Translations under genes and position numbers: made by a program
In this document: one piece after another, positions 9,526 to 21,186 of the stretch
Numbering within the stretch: position 1 is the stretch's first letter
How the letters are laid out: every line of letters starts with the position of its first letter
Assembly: GCA_964291265.2 (NCBI GenBank)
Contig: OZ219747.1
Span: 2,560,001-2,624,000, forward strand
DNA: 64,000 nt
From: Alphaproteobacteria bacterium
GTDB taxonomy: Bacteria; Pseudomonadota; Alphaproteobacteria; SP197
Reading direction: 5' to 3'
Notes under the pieces: model-generated
What the model saw: the letters and a program-made list of their open reading frames with translations, nothing else
Told to the model about the DNA's origin: nothing
The model's database searches: none

Positions 9526-11586
9526 TCAGACAAGAGGGGCGAGTTCGACGATCTCGTGTTTCCAGGGAACATCGTCGCCGATCGCTTCGCCGAGTTCGCG
9601 GGCGTAACGGTATCCGCCAAAGACCGCGGCAGCGATCGGCCCCGGACCATAGCAATCGCCGATGCGTGACACGCGGCGGATGCCCGCCTCTCGGTTGGCC
9701 GCTTCATCAGCCATGAGCGCGTGGTAGAGATCGTCGACCGGATCCTGGGCCGTCACCATGACGAGGCTGCGGCAGGCGATCCACTGGCACGCTCCCGTGT
9801 AGACATCCTCGACCTCGACCCTGCTCCATTCGATGGTCTTCACGGCGAAGCCGAGATGCCGCTCGACGCCGAGCGTGCGCATGCGGGCCTGGATGCGCTC
9901 GTATTCCAGCGTGTAGGCAGTCCACGCCGATACCGCACTTTCCGGCGTCACGATACTGACTGCGTGGCCCTCCTGCACCAGCTTTTCGGCGATCACGCCA
10001 CCCATGTAGTAGTGATCGTCGTCGAACACGACGACGGGCCCTTCGAGCGTGGCGCCTTCCATGATGTCATCGGGGGTGAAGATATTCCCCGACCCGCAGG
10101 CAAGGGGAAAGTCGTGATAGCGTCCGCTGCCATCACGTCTCCACCGGGCGCCGGTAGCCACGGCGACGAGTTCGGCGCCCGTCTCGCGTACGCTGTCGGC
10201 GGTCATCGCCGAATCCATGTAGATCTCGACGTTGGGCAGCTTGTGAAGCTGGGTCATGCGCCAGTCGCGCACGCGGGACCAGACTGCGAGACCCGGCAGA
10301 CGGCATTCCCGGGCGACCCGACCGCCCGTTTCGCGGCCGGCTTCGGCAAGCATGACTTCGTAGCCACGCTGACCCAGTCCCCGCGCTGCCTCGAGGCCGG
10401 CCGGGCCGGCTCCGACCACGAGAACACGTTCGTCCGTTTCTCGTGCAGGCATCACTTCGGGATGCCATCCCCGGCGCCACTCCTCGCCCTGGGTCGGGTT
10501 CTGCGTGCACCTGAGATAGGTCGGCTGGTTGGAGATGCCAACGCACATGTTGCAGCCGATACACTCGCGGATGTCCTCGGGCCGCCCTTCCTCGATCTTC
10601 TTCGGCAGGAAGGGGTCGGCGATGGACGGTCGGGCGGCGCCGATCATGTCGAGTACGCGGTTCTTCACCAGGGAGGCCATGCGGTCCGGGCTGGTGTAGC
10701 GCCCGACACCCACCACGGGCTTGCTGGTCAGGGACTTGACGAAGGAGATGTGCTTTTCCTGGAAGCCCTCGTCCGCGAACCTCGAGGTCTCGCTGTCATT
10801 CTCCCATTCGCTGACATTGACATCCCACAGGTCCGGCAGTTCACCGAGCATCTCGATGACGGCACGGCCGTCCTCTTCGGGGGTGATTCCCTTCGGTCCG
10901 ACGAGTTCGTTGACGGCAAGGCGCACTGCGACCCCGCATGTGTCTCCGACGGCATCCTTGGTGTCCTCTATGACCTCGCGCAGCAGGCGCGCCCTGTTCT
11001 CGATGGATCCGCCGTATTCATCCGTGCGCTGGTTGTGGCGCGCCGACAGGAAATGCATGCACAGGGAAAGGCTGTGTCCGGCATAGACATAGACGATGTC
11101 GAAACCGGCCCGCCTGCCGCGCAAGGCTGCATTGCGGTGCCATCGCCGGTAGTCGGCGATATCGGTCCTGTCCATGGTTCGCGCATGGAACGGGTCGATA
11201 CCGTGGACCGGTCTCGCCGTGGGCGCCATCGGGATCTCTCGGCCGATGTAGTTCGAGGTGTAGTAACCCATGTGCGTGAGTTCGAGGCCGGCCAGGGCGC
11301 CGTGCTGGTGGACCTGGTCCGCCATGCGCGCGAGGTAGGGAATGTCCCGGTCGTCCCACAGTCGGATTTCCCGTTCCGTGTCGGTGGTCACGTGGATATC
11401 GCACTGTTCCGTGCACACCACGGCCCAGCCGCCTTCCGCCTTGATGCCGCGCATGACCGCCATGGCCGTGGGATGGGCGCGTCCCATGCCATTGCAGTGA
11501 GGCACCTGGTAGAAGCGATTCCTCGCCGTGACGGGTCCGATGGCGACGGGCTCGAACAGGACATCATGGTGCTGATCTCGTGGCAT
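9526..11586 (-). CDS. Trimethylamine/histamine dehydrogenase-like flavoprotein (OYE barrel, 4Fe-4S, FAD/ADP domain)
   Basis: NRFYQVPHCNGMG, YVYAGH, ECIGCNMC, CTQNP, VVGAGPAGLEAA. Confidence 0.9.
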   Translation of the reverse strand: MPRDQHHDVLFEPVAIGPVTARNRFYQVPHCNGMGRAHPTAMAVMRGIKAEGGWAVVCTEQCDIHVTTDTEREIRLWDDRDIPYLARMADQVHQHGALAGLELTHMGYYTSNYIGREIPMAPTARPVHGIDPFHARTMDRTDIADYRRWHRNAALRGRRAGFDIVYVYAGHSLSLCMHFLSARHNQRTDEYGGSIENRARLLREVIEDTKDAVGDTCGVAVRLAVNELVGPKGITPEEDGRAVIEMLGELPDLWDVNVSEWENDSETSRFADEGFQEKHISFVKSLTSKPVVGVGRYTSPDRMASLVKNRVLDMIGAARPSIADPFLPKKIEEGRPEDIRECIGCNMCVGISNQPTYLRCTQNPTQGEEWRRGWHPEVMPARETDERVLVVGAGPAGLEAARGLGQRGYEVMLAEAGRETGGRVARECRLPGLAVWSRVRDWRMTQLHKLPNVEIYMDSAMTADSVRETGAELVAVATGARWRRDGSGRYHDFPLACGSGNIFTPDDIMEGATLEGPVVVFDDDHYYMGGVIAEKLVQEGHAVSIVTPESAVSAWTAYTLEYERIQARMRTLGVERHLGFAVKTIEWSRVEVEDVYTGACQWIACRSLVMVTAQDPVDDLYHALMADEAANREAGIRRVSRIGDCYGPGPIAAAVFGGYRYARELGEAIGDDVPWKHEIVELAPLV

Positions 11587-11732
11587 CGGGTTCCGGTTCT
11601 CCTGCTGACACGTCGATTGTGGCACCACAGGACCGGCAGTGTCGACAAGCGGCGCCGACCGCACTAACGTCCCGCACCGTGACAACCGGATATCGTCCCC
11701 GTCGCGGCGACGGAAACCCAGGGAGAATCGGC

Positions 11733-13058
11733 ATGTCAGTTCCATCGAAGGGGTCATCACGGCGCGCATTCATGGGCGCCGCACTGGCGGCGCCGGCCGC
11801 GGCAGCGCTGACACCGGCGCAACTCCTGGCCCAGGCCAACGACGGCATGGAGGCAACCGGCGAGCCCATTCCGGTTGGTCAGGCCTCGGCGCAGACCAGC
11901 TGGGGCGCCCCGGACGGAATCGAATTCATGCGTGGCCTGACCCTCGCCTGTGAGGAAATCAACGCCATCGGCGGTATCCTGGGGCGGCCTCTCGAGCCCC
12001 ACATCGAGGATACCGGAGAGATGGGAGATGACCGGAACGTGCAGGCAGTCCAGCGGCTCATCGACCGTCATGGCGTCCATGCCGTCGTCAACGGTTACAA
12101 CGTGGGCACGGGCATAGCGATTCAGGACGTCATCGCCGATGCAGGCATCATCTACATGCACTACGATACGGTGATCGCGCACAACGAGCTTGTCGCTTCC
12201 GACCCCGACTACTACTTCGGGAGTTTCATGGGTGATCCCCCCGAGTACTGGTACGGCGCCGGCTTTCTCGACTACATCAACACGCTGGAAATGAACGGCG
12301 AATTCACGCGAAGCAACAACCGCATCGTCATCATCACCGGACCGGGGCCCTACTCGACCAACATTGCCAACTCGATCCGCGAAGGCGCCGGTGACTACGG
12401 CTACGAGACAAGCCTCTTCGAATCGGTGACGGTGCCGATTTCGGAGTGGGGTCCGACCCTCGCCAAGATTCGCCAGGATCCTCCCGCGGTGATTGCCATC
12501 ACCCATTTCTATCCGCAGGATCTCGCCCAGTTCATGCTGCAGTTCGTGCCCGACCCGACACCGAGTCTCGTCTACATGCAGTATGGTCCGTCCCTTGCCG
12601 CCTTCCGCGATATCGGCAAGGAGTCGACCAACGGTGTCCTCTACGCCACGGTGATCGCAGCCCTGCCCGACGAGATCGGGACGGCCTTCGAACGGCGCTA
12701 CAAGGACCGCTGGGGCGAGGATGCGACGCATCTCACCGGGTCCCAACCCTACGACGGCTGTTATGTCTGGGCGACGGCCTGTGCTCTTGCCGGGGGTTCA
12801 GGCGCTCCCGGAGACGAAGGACAGAACCGCAAGGTGGCGGCCCACATCCGGCGCATGATCCACCGCGGCATGAACGGCACCACGCGGTTCATTCCCGGCG
12901 AGCAGGCGGCGTATCACTATCCGGCGCAGACCAACGATCCATCGCTCGGCATGCCGCACCAGTTCCTGCAGATCCAGGACCACATGCAGACTCCCGTCCT
13001 GGTGGCGCCGCAACCCTACAGCGCTGCTCCGTTCGTCACGCCTCCGTGGATGAGCTGA
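11733..13058 (+). CDS. HAAT-family ABC substrate-binding protein with Tat signal
   Basis: SRRAFM twin-arginine motif; EEINAIGGILGRPLE. Confidence 0.88.
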   Translation: MSVPSKGSSRRAFMGAALAAPAAAALTPAQLLAQANDGMEATGEPIPVGQASAQTSWGAPDGIEFMRGLTLACEEINAIGGILGRPLEPHIEDTGEMGDDRNVQAVQRLIDRHGVHAVVNGYNVGTGIAIQDVIADAGIIYMHYDTVIAHNELVASDPDYYFGSFMGDPPEYWYGAGFLDYINTLEMNGEFTRSNNRIVIITGPGPYSTNIANSIREGAGDYGYETSLFESVTVPISEWGPTLAKIRQDPPAVIAITHFYPQDLAQFMLQFVPDPTPSLVYMQYGPSLAAFRDIGKESTNGVLYATVIAALPDEIGTAFERRYKDRWGEDATHLTGSQPYDGCYVWATACALAGGSGAPGDEGQNRKVAAHIRRMIHRGMNGTTRFIPGEQAAYHYPAQTNDPSLGMPHQFLQIQDHMQTPVLVAPQPYSAAPFVTPPWMS

Positions 13059-13864
13059 GTCAGGACACCGCACGCTCACCCCGTCCCCTCCTGGTGGTGG
13101 ACGGGGTGAGCAAGCACTTCGGTGCGCTGGCGGCGGTCGACAACCTCAGTTTCGAGGTGATGCCGGGAGAGGTTCTCGGCATCGGAGGTCCCAACGGGGC
13201 CGGCAAGACGACGCTCTTTGATGTCATAACCGGGCTCGATCGTGCCTCATCGGGGCGTATTCTCTTCTCTGGTGATGACATCACGCGTGCCGGGCCCGAG
13301 AGGATCTGCCATGCGGGCATCGCCCGCACCTTCCAGCTCAACGCCGGCTTCGAAACGCTGAGTGTGCGGGAGAACATCGAGGTCGCAGCCATCTATGGGC
13401 ACGAGGCGCCGGTGTTCCCGGGGTTTCACATCCGGCCCGTCGTCCGCCGCAGGGTCGATGCCGCCATCGAACTTTCCGGCCTCGCCGGCCGCGCCACGGT
13501 ACCGGCCGGAGAACTGGCGGTGCTCGAACGCAAGTTCCTCATGGTGGCCACGGCGATCGTGACGCAGCCGCGTCTTCTCATGCTCGACGAACCGGTGGGC
13601 GGTCTGACCCAGGCGGAGATGGACGCCTTCGTCGCCATGCTGGCGCGGATCAGGGGAGAGGGCATGGCCATCATGCTCATCGAGCATGTCATGCGTTTTC
13701 TTGTCACGCTTGCCGACCGGGTTCTCATCATGCACCACGGCGAGAGAATCTACGAAGGCCGGCCCGATGACCTTGCAGACGACAGGCGTGTCGTGGACGT
13801 CTATCTTGGCGATGGCGCGGCGGATCTGATCCGCGCCGCCCTCGGTGCCGGCGCAGTCCCGTGA
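13055..13864 (+). CDS. ABC ATP-binding protein (LivG-like)
   Basis: GPNGAGKTT, ARTFQ, LLMLDEP, IEH; start uncertain (CTG 13055 or a later GTG). Confidence 0.88.
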   Translation: MSQDTARSPRPLLVVDGVSKHFGALAAVDNLSFEVMPGEVLGIGGPNGAGKTTLFDVITGLDRASSGRILFSGDDITRAGPERICHAGIARTFQLNAGFETLSVRENIEVAAIYGHEAPVFPGFHIRPVVRRRVDAAIELSGLAGRATVPAGELAVLERKFLMVATAIVTQPRLLMLDEPVGGLTQAEMDAFVAMLARIRGEGMAIMLIEHVMRFLVTLADRVLIMHHGERIYEGRPDDLADDRRVVDVYLGDGAADLIRAALGAGAVP

Positions 13865-14577
13865 ACGATCCCTTGCTGAGTGTGCGCCAGGTCTTTGCCG
13901 GGTACGCCGGCAGGGATGTTCTGCGCGACATCTCGCTGGATGTCCACCCGGGCGCCTTCCTCTCGGTCATAGGGCCCAACGGTCACGGCAAGAGCACGTT
14001 GCTGAAGTGCATCAGCGGTCTCGTGAGGACCGGCAGCGGCTCGATCCGCTTCTCCGGCGACGATGTCACCGGTCTGGCGGCGCCGGCGATGGCGGCGCGG
14101 GGCCTTGTCCATGTTCCCCAGGGCGACATGCTCTTTGCCGACATGACGGTGCACGAGAACCTGATGATGGGCGCCTACCTGACGTCCGACAAGGCGGTCG
14201 TCCGGCGCCGCCTCGACGAGGTTCATACGATTCTTCCGCGACTTGCCGATCGCCGCCGGCAGCTCGCAAGAACACTGTCGGGAGGCGAACGCCGCATGGT
14301 GGCGATCGGTCGCGGGCTGATGGCCGGTGGACGGCTCACCATGTTCGATGAACCTTCACTTGGCCTGGCGCCGGTGATCATCGACCAGATCTACGAGGTC
14401 ATGGAGCGGCTGCGGGCAAGCGGCAGGACCATCGTGCTTGTCGAGGAAAACGCGATGCGGGCGGCGAGGCAGTCGGACCGCATGTGTCTTCTCGACAACG
14501 GGGCCATGGTCTGGCAGGGCAACGGCGAGGAGTTCCTCGCCCGTCCCGAGGTGATCCGCAGCTACCTCGGAGGATAG
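13861..14577 (+). CDS. ABC ATP-binding protein (LivF-like)
   Basis: GPNGHGKST, LSGGE, DEPSLGLAP. Confidence 0.9.
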   Translation: MNDPLLSVRQVFAGYAGRDVLRDISLDVHPGAFLSVIGPNGHGKSTLLKCISGLVRTGSGSIRFSGDDVTGLAAPAMAARGLVHVPQGDMLFADMTVHENLMMGAYLTSDKAVVRRRLDEVHTILPRLADRRRQLARTLSGGERRMVAIGRGLMAGGRLTMFDEPSLGLAPVIIDQIYEVMERLRASGRTIVLVEENAMRAARQSDRMCLLDNGAMVWQGNGEEFLARPEVIRSYLGG

Positions 14578-14580
14578 GCA

Positions 14581-15462
14581 GTGATGGAGGTTGTCGTTCA
14601 GGTGATTGCTTCCGGCCTCACGCTGGGAGCCATGTACGCTGTCGCCGCCGTCGGCCTGGCCCTGGTCTACGGAGCCCTCGGCATGCTCAACCTCGCCCAT
14701 GGCGCGGTCCTCACGTTTGGCGGCTACGCCGCCTTCTGGGTGATCACGTCGCTGGGTATGCCGATGGCAGCCGGGGTCGTCGCCGCCATCGTGACGGGTG
14801 CGTTGCTGGGTCTGGCGATCTATGTCGTCCTTGTCCATGGCATGTTGACGGCGCCGGCCTTCGAGACCAACATCTTCATCGCCACGTTCGGTATCGGCAT
14901 GGCCCTGGAGAATGTCGTGCTCAAGCTCTTCGGAGCCTATCCGGCGGCACAGCCTCTTGCGGTCGACGGCGCCGTCGCCGTCTTCGATGTCTTCATTCCC
15001 GCGCGCAACATCGTCATCCTCGTTGCCGGCGTCCTCCTCATGGTGGCGACGGCCTGGCTGCTGACACGCACGCGGACCGGCAACGCCATCCGGGCGACGG
15101 CACAGAACCGGGCTGCCGCGGAGCTGATGGGCGTGAGGGTGCGGTGGATCTACGCCCGGGTTCTGGCGATCTCGGGCGCACTCGCCGGTGTCTCGGGAAT
15201 CATGGTGAGTTCACTCACCAATCTCTCCCCCACCATGGGCGGTGACCCCATGCTCAAGGCCTTTATCGTCTGTGTCGTCGCCGGCCTCGGCAACGTTTAC
15301 GGCGCCATGATGGCCGCCATCGCGCTGGGCCTCGTCGAATCCACGGCACAGTACCTCCTCGGTGTGCGCTTCGGACTGGCGACATTGCTGGTGCTCGTCA
15401 TCCTGACCCTGATCTGGCGGCCGCACGGCCTGTTCGGCCGGACCCAGGTGCAGCGCCTGTGA
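14581..15462 (+). CDS. ABC permease (LivH-like)
   Basis: GLTLGAMYA..NLAHG, G.AIRA, multiple TM segments. Confidence 0.9.
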   Translation: MMEVVVQVIASGLTLGAMYAVAAVGLALVYGALGMLNLAHGAVLTFGGYAAFWVITSLGMPMAAGVVAAIVTGALLGLAIYVVLVHGMLTAPAFETNIFIATFGIGMALENVVLKLFGAYPAAQPLAVDGAVAVFDVFIPARNIVILVAGVLLMVATAWLLTRTRTGNAIRATAQNRAAAELMGVRVRWIYARVLAISGALAGVSGIMVSSLTNLSPTMGGDPMLKAFIVCVVAGLGNVYGAMMAAIALGLVESTAQYLLGVRFGLATLLVLVILTLIWRPHGLFGRTQVQRL

Positions 15463-16463
15463 CCGCTCCCGGGAAGGACCTGATGATCGGCGTCATCCTT
15501 GTCGCCATGGCCGCCACGGTGCCGTTCCTGTTTCCGGTGCGCTACGTCATCACGCAGATGACGCTGCTCTTCATCTACGCCATCGTGGTGACCCAGTGGA
15601 ATCTCGTCCTCGGTGTCGCCGGCATCTTCTCCCTGGCGCAGATGGCGCTGTTTGCCTGCGGCGCCTATGCCACCGCGATGCTCGGCCTCTATCTCGACTG
15701 GTCGCTGTGGGCAGCGATGCCGGCGGGAGCCGTGATCGCAGCTGTCGCCGGGCTCCTGGTCGGTCTTGCCTGCCTGAGACTCAAGGGACCCTATGTCGCC
15801 CTGCTGACCCTGGCGCTCGCCCAGGTCGCCTATCTCGTCATCATCACCGACACCGATTGTTTCATCAGGACGGAAACGCGTTGCGAACCCTTGACCGGCG
15901 GCGCCAGCGGGCTGCGGCGCTTCGGGGACCTCGGTCTGAAGGAGTGGCTCGGCCGCGACTGGGTCATCGGCAACTACTTCGTCGGTCTTGGTCTTCTGGT
16001 GGCGGCCATGACGTTCTCCGTGGCCGTTGCGAGGGGGCCGCTGGGCCTCGCCTTCAGGGCGCTCAGGGACAACCCGGGCTATGCCCGCTCGCGCGGCATC
16101 AGCCAGTTCAAGTACCAGCTCGTCGTCTTCGCCCTGTCGGCCTTCTTCACCGGCCTCGCCGGCGCCTTCTACGCGGCGCACTTCAAGAGTGTCGGTCCGA
16201 CGATCTTCTCGTTCAGCCTGCTCCTGCTGCTTCTTGCCATGATCGTCGTCGGCGGGCTGGGAACCATCTGGGGACCCGTCGTCGGCGCCACGCTGGTGAT
16301 GTTCGCCGACGAGGGACTGAGGGAGTTCCAGGACTTTCGCACCCTCGGACTCGGCCTCACGCTTGCCCTCTTCGTGCTGCTGCTTCCCGATGGTCTCACC
16401 GGCACCGCATCCCGTCTCCTCGCCCGATGGCGCGGCTCCGGCAACTGCCCCGGTGCTCCCTGA
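15459..16463 (+). CDS. ABC permease (LivM-like)
   Basis: WNLVLG.AG.FSLAQ, RLKGPY, RALRDN, VGGLGT.WGP. Confidence 0.9.
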   Translation: MTAPGKDLMIGVILVAMAATVPFLFPVRYVITQMTLLFIYAIVVTQWNLVLGVAGIFSLAQMALFACGAYATAMLGLYLDWSLWAAMPAGAVIAAVAGLLVGLACLRLKGPYVALLTLALAQVAYLVIITDTDCFIRTETRCEPLTGGASGLRRFGDLGLKEWLGRDWVIGNYFVGLGLLVAAMTFSVAVARGPLGLAFRALRDNPGYARSRGISQFKYQLVVFALSAFFTGLAGAFYAAHFKSVGPTIFSFSLLLLLLAMIVVGGLGTIWGPVVGATLVMFADEGLREFQDFRTLGLGLTLALFVLLLPDGLTGTASRLLARWRGSGNCPGAP

Positions 16464-17298
16464 CGAACCACCTGAAGACACCTCGCCGTTTGCAGGGTGC
16501 ACCGGGCGAGACCGAGGAGCCGGTCGGATTGCGGCATGATGCCTGCGCAACAGGAACGCCGCCTGGCTCGGACCGAGGCGTTCGAGGGCTGCCGGATGGC
16601 CGCTCACCGACCGGGGTGGATGGCGCAGCAATAGCACTCGGCCACGCGCGTCGAGGTGACGGCGGTTGGAATCCCAGGCTGCCATGTGGTCGTATGGCGC
16701 CACCATCGGGCACGGCGCGTTCATCGTGTCTTCGCGAAGCGTTGCCGTACCGCAAGATACGAGGATTGACCGAAGGCTCGGAACCCACCACAATCAACCA
16801 TCATTGCGTGACCGAACCGAACGCAAACGCTTGCGACTGTTCAACTTGAGCCATGATGTAGTATCTATGCCTCATTGGTACTTCGGGTGGTGGACACGGG
16901 CCGAAGAGGCGGCGAGAAAGGGGCGTTCAACAACATGTTCGGCCGGAACCAGAAACAGGATCACCGGGCCCCTTTGCCGGGTGAGATATTCCCTTCGATC
17001 GACTTCAACGCCCTCGGAAAACAACTCCGTCTGGAAGTGCGTGGGCTGAAGAACGGCAGGGCCGGCCATCCCGACAGCGGAGCCACCGAGTTCGACCCGG
17101 TTGAGAACGAGATCGTCAATACTGTCGACGCAATCCGAAGGCAGGGTCTCGCGCGAGCCGCCGATTACGAGAAGGTTTATCGAGATCGAATTACCGACGG
17201 CGGTGCTTTCGGACCGGGAATTCGGGAAATCGCCAACAACGCCGACACCGACTTCCGCAGGGGTAAGCGTTCGGCCACGCGGTGATTGTTGGTGATAT

Positions 17299-17606
17299 TC
17301 ACCGGTTGAGGATGCGTTTGGGAGGCGCACCACGTGGCGGTTCGCTGTTGGGTCCGAAGACGATGGGTCCGGGTCGGGTTGCTCGTCGTTGGGGTGGCGG
17401 CAGGGTGATGAGGCCGTCGCGGTGCATGGCCAGAAAGGCGACATTCGCCATCATGTTCTTGAGGCCCCGTCGGGCTTGTATCAGCCGGTCTCGCGGCAGA
17501 AGGCGCGGGCGATGGCCGCACGGGTGGGGTGCTGGGTGATCAGGGAGCGCAACAGCGCCATCTCGTGCGCGGTGAAGTCACGGCCGTCGTAACGGCACTC
17601 GATCAC
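17299..17606 (-). pseudogene. Truncated N-terminal part of a DUF4338-type protein, coupled to the IS66-A transposase
   Basis: Own translation: VIECRYDGRDFTAHEMALLRSLI..FCRETG*YKPDG..LAMHRDGLITLPPP; GTGA overlap with the transposase stop; internal TGA. Confidence 0.65.
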
Positions 17607-20059
17607 CCCGGTTCCATGAGGTCCCTTCGACGCTCCGGGGGCATCGACCATGGCAGCCACGGGTCGAGGTCATCCGGCGGCTTGCCGCCGTTCTGCGCGC
17701 AGGCCTCAAGCCACTCATGAAGCCAGCGCCGAACATTGATGTTGTTCATGGCAAGGGTGCCGATGACCGAGTACATGATGGCGGTGAAGGCGGCGCCTTC
17801 CTCGCTGTCGGAGCCGAAGCTCAGCTTTCTCGCGGTCACCGCACCCCGGAGGGCTCTCTCGGCAAAGTTGTTGTCCATGGGCACCTGGGGATGGTCGACA
17901 AAGACGCACAGTCCCTCGCGGTGACGGATCAGGGAACGCAAGGGCTTCGCTTCGCGTGCACCCTCGGGCAAGGCGTCGAGTTCCTCCTGAGCCTGCCTGA
18001 ACAGCGCCTCGACAGCCGCACGAAGGTCCTTCTGCAGGGCATTGAACCTCGCTGACTGACGCTTGCGTGCGGGATCGTAGTGCTTCAGCCGTTGCCCATT
18101 CAGTGTGTAGATCAGCGCGATCCTGTCGAGCCACTTGTCGCACCACTCTTCCAGCCCCTCCTGGCCTGCCGCAGCCTCGATCACATCGCGCCTGGAGTGC
18201 GCCCAGCAAAGGCAGAGGATCACCTTGCCATCAAGCTCACGCTCCAGTTTCCTGTAGACCACGTAGCGGTCGCAAACAAGGAAGACGACACCTTCGGTGG
18301 AGGCGAACAGCACCATGGCCACCCGGGCGCTGCGTGACGGGTCGATAAGGAAGAAGACGGAGTCGGCGCTGACCGCGGTCCACAGCCAGGCCTTCTGCGA
18401 GCGCCCCGAGGCCTTGAGGGACTGGATGCGCCAGCTGGTCTCGTCGCCGTGGCGCACCGTCAGCCGGTTCTGATGATCGAGGATGGCCTGAGCGAGAGGC
18501 GCGAACATCGGCGTCATCTTCTTCATGCCGCCAGCGATCGTTCCCGGCGCCATCGGCAGTCCCTGGTCTTCCAGCCATCGCGAGACCCGGCGCAGGGGAC
18601 GCAAGCAGGCGAAGCGCTCATAGAGCACGCATTCCCAGACACTGATGCCGAAGGGGGTATTCGCAAGCAAGCGCAAAGGTGGCGGCGCGATGATCTCCGC
18701 AGGCGCCGACGAACACTGACAACCACGGCGCCAACGCCCACGTTCAATCCGCCGGATATGAGCCTTGACATGGACCTCCATGATCGAGGTCTCGTGGCTG
18801 CCGTTGGCCACATAGGGCTCGCCGCAACACGGGCACGTGCGCTGCGATGCCGGTGGATCATGGCGTTCGTGCTTCTCCTTGAGCTTCGGACGCGGAGTGC
18901 GCCCGTGGCCGCTCTTGCCGGGTTGCTGACCCCGCTTGTTCCCGGTGCCTTCCTTCTTCTTCCGTTTCTCGCTCTTCGACCCGAAGCGCGCCGTCGCGTG
19001 CTTGGCACGCGTCCCGCGGAGATTCCTCAGCTCGCTCGCCTGTTCAGCGTTCTTGAGCTTCAGAGCGTCCCTTTCCTGCTCCAGCGCCTCCGCTCGGACC
19101 TGTCCACGCTTCACCTCCCGGCGAGCCTCCTTGAGCTGATCACGAGTGCGGTCGAGATGAAACTTGAATGTGCCCGCACGGGCACGGGCAGAATTCTTCG
19201 CACGGCGCAGGTCAGACGCGGTAGGGATGCGCATTGCTGCGCACCCCCCGCGCAGATCCGGACGTGGACGTTAATCCATCCGGCTCCTACCTCGGGTACT
19301 GGACGGCAAACCACTGGACTAGCCTGCGGCTTCCCGTATCCGATCCGCCGCCTGTGGCACGCTTGCCCGACACTGCGTTCGGTGCGTGCTTTAGCGTCCC
19401 GGATTCCCCTTGGTTGAGGCCCTTTCCTCCAGCGACTCCGCAGAAGCTAACGCTTCCTTGTTCGCCGCCTTCACAGGTACTACGGCCTCATCCGACTTCT
19501 TCAAACCGTACATCATAGGCTTCGGTTTTCTCCTTCCCCATGCGGTCCCGCCACAACCGGCGGGACGGTTTGAAGATCTCCCAGGGTCCCAACAGAAGGC
19601 GTGCGGACGTGCATGGGTTCTCTGACACCGCGGGGCTCGCCGACATCTCACCAAATCGATGCCTGCGATGTTGCCTTCGACCAATGCGAAAGCCTCGGCA
19701 CCCCGGATGATAGCTTTTTCGGTGCTCATTAGCCCTGCCCATCCGTACCGCTACCGACGCTTCGCCTGCCCCCTCGCGGGAACCGACGCACGGCTCGCGG
19801 AGAAACGTGGTTTGGTTACTCCTTCGTTCCAGGGGACTTTCACCCCCTACCTTCCGCCAGTTCGCCTGGCACACCGCATACGCGCTTCCGCCGCATCCGC
19901 ACGAACCCGCTCCGCCTCATAGAGCGCACGCCAGTCAGGCGCCTCGCATGACAAGGCCACTGACGCCCGACATAGGCCGTCACCACCTCCCGTCAGCTGC
20001 TGTGTCGCTCCGCGCGTCTCGGCAAAAGTCTTCATGGCCTCGACCATAATCGAGACCAA
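17603..20059 (-). CDS. tnpC: IS66-family transposase interrupted by a sense-oriented group II intron
   Basis: FGSKSEK, GQQPG..GHGR, CPCCG, HGDETSW, LVCDRY, CWAHSRR, DNNFAERALR. Confidence 0.9.
19215..19874 (-). ncRNA. Internally deleted (RT-less) group II intron, 660 nt
   Basis: 5' GTGTGCCAGGCG; domain V gAGCcggatggattaacgtccacgtccggatc; inserted between ATGCG and TGACC (uninterrupted at about 39295-39310); 3' end reads UC. Confidence 0.9.
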
Positions 20060-21186
20060 ACGAGTTTACCAGCTCTTTCTCAGACGATAGTCAGCAAGAC
20101 CCAAACCAACCAAAATCAGCCATCACCGAACGGCCGAACGCTTACCCGCAGGGAAGTGGACGCACGGCACAGCCGACTGAAGGACGCCATCGAGGATCGA
20201 CACAGGAGCGAAGCCGACCTTGCGCAATTCAAACAGGACAATAATCTGAACAGGGAGGCTCATGAGACAGGAGGCTTGTTGAAATGGTTTGCCATCTGTG
20301 TCATCATCGTTCTTGTAGAATCGGTGATGAATGGGGTTTTCTTCGCCGATGCGAATGTCGCCGGGCTGGCGGGAGGCACGATGACCGCCTTGGCTATTTC
20401 AGTCATGAATGTCGGAGCAGCGAGCCTTGCTGGACACGCCTTCCGACAAAAAAATCATGTCAAGGTTTCGCGTCGACTTACAGGATGGCTTGCACTGATT
20501 GTCGCAACCGGTCTTGCGGCGTTCATCAATTTTCTGGTAGGACATTTTCGTGATTTGGCGTCCACGATTCCCTGGAGTGAGGCCGCCGGTGCGGCGTTTG
20601 GGCGCGTGGTCGCAGGGCACATTCAGATGCAAAGTCTGGATGCTTGGCTCCTGACCGGCTTCGGACTGCTGATTGCCGCCATCGCCGTCTGGAAAGCATA
20701 TGGGGCCCTCGATCCTTATCCCGGTTACAGTCGTGTATTGGATAACTTCACCAGGAGACGGAACGAGTGGCAGGATTTGAAGGAGGAAACACTCGATGTC
20801 TTGATCGAAACTCGGGACAAGGCGATCACCGATCTGAAGGACGAGTGCGACGTACGCCGGAACCGTTTCGACGCCGCTCAGAAAGCCTGGACGGGATTCC
20901 TTGACCTTATGAGCCGACGGCGCGATTTCCTGAAGGAGTGCGACAGGGCGGCCAGCAATCTTCTCACCGTTTATCGGGACGCCAACCGAAAGGCGCGCTC
21001 CACGCCGGAGCCGGGTTACTTTCGGCTACCGTTCGGTTTCTCCCCAGAAGAGGAACCTGTCAAGCCGCCGCCGCCAGGTCCAGCGAACCCGGACCCCACT
21101 GACCTTGTGAAGGAAGCGGTGGAGCGTATCCATCAGGCGTGCCAGAGCGCCATGGATGCAATCGGTGATGATCGGAATAACCGAGC

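Larger units (their letters stand above)
17263..20145 (-). mobile_element. IS66-family element A, copy 1
   Basis: IRs GTAAGCGTTCGGCC; 8-bp TSD CCGCAGGG (17255-17262, 20146-20153). Confidence 0.95.
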
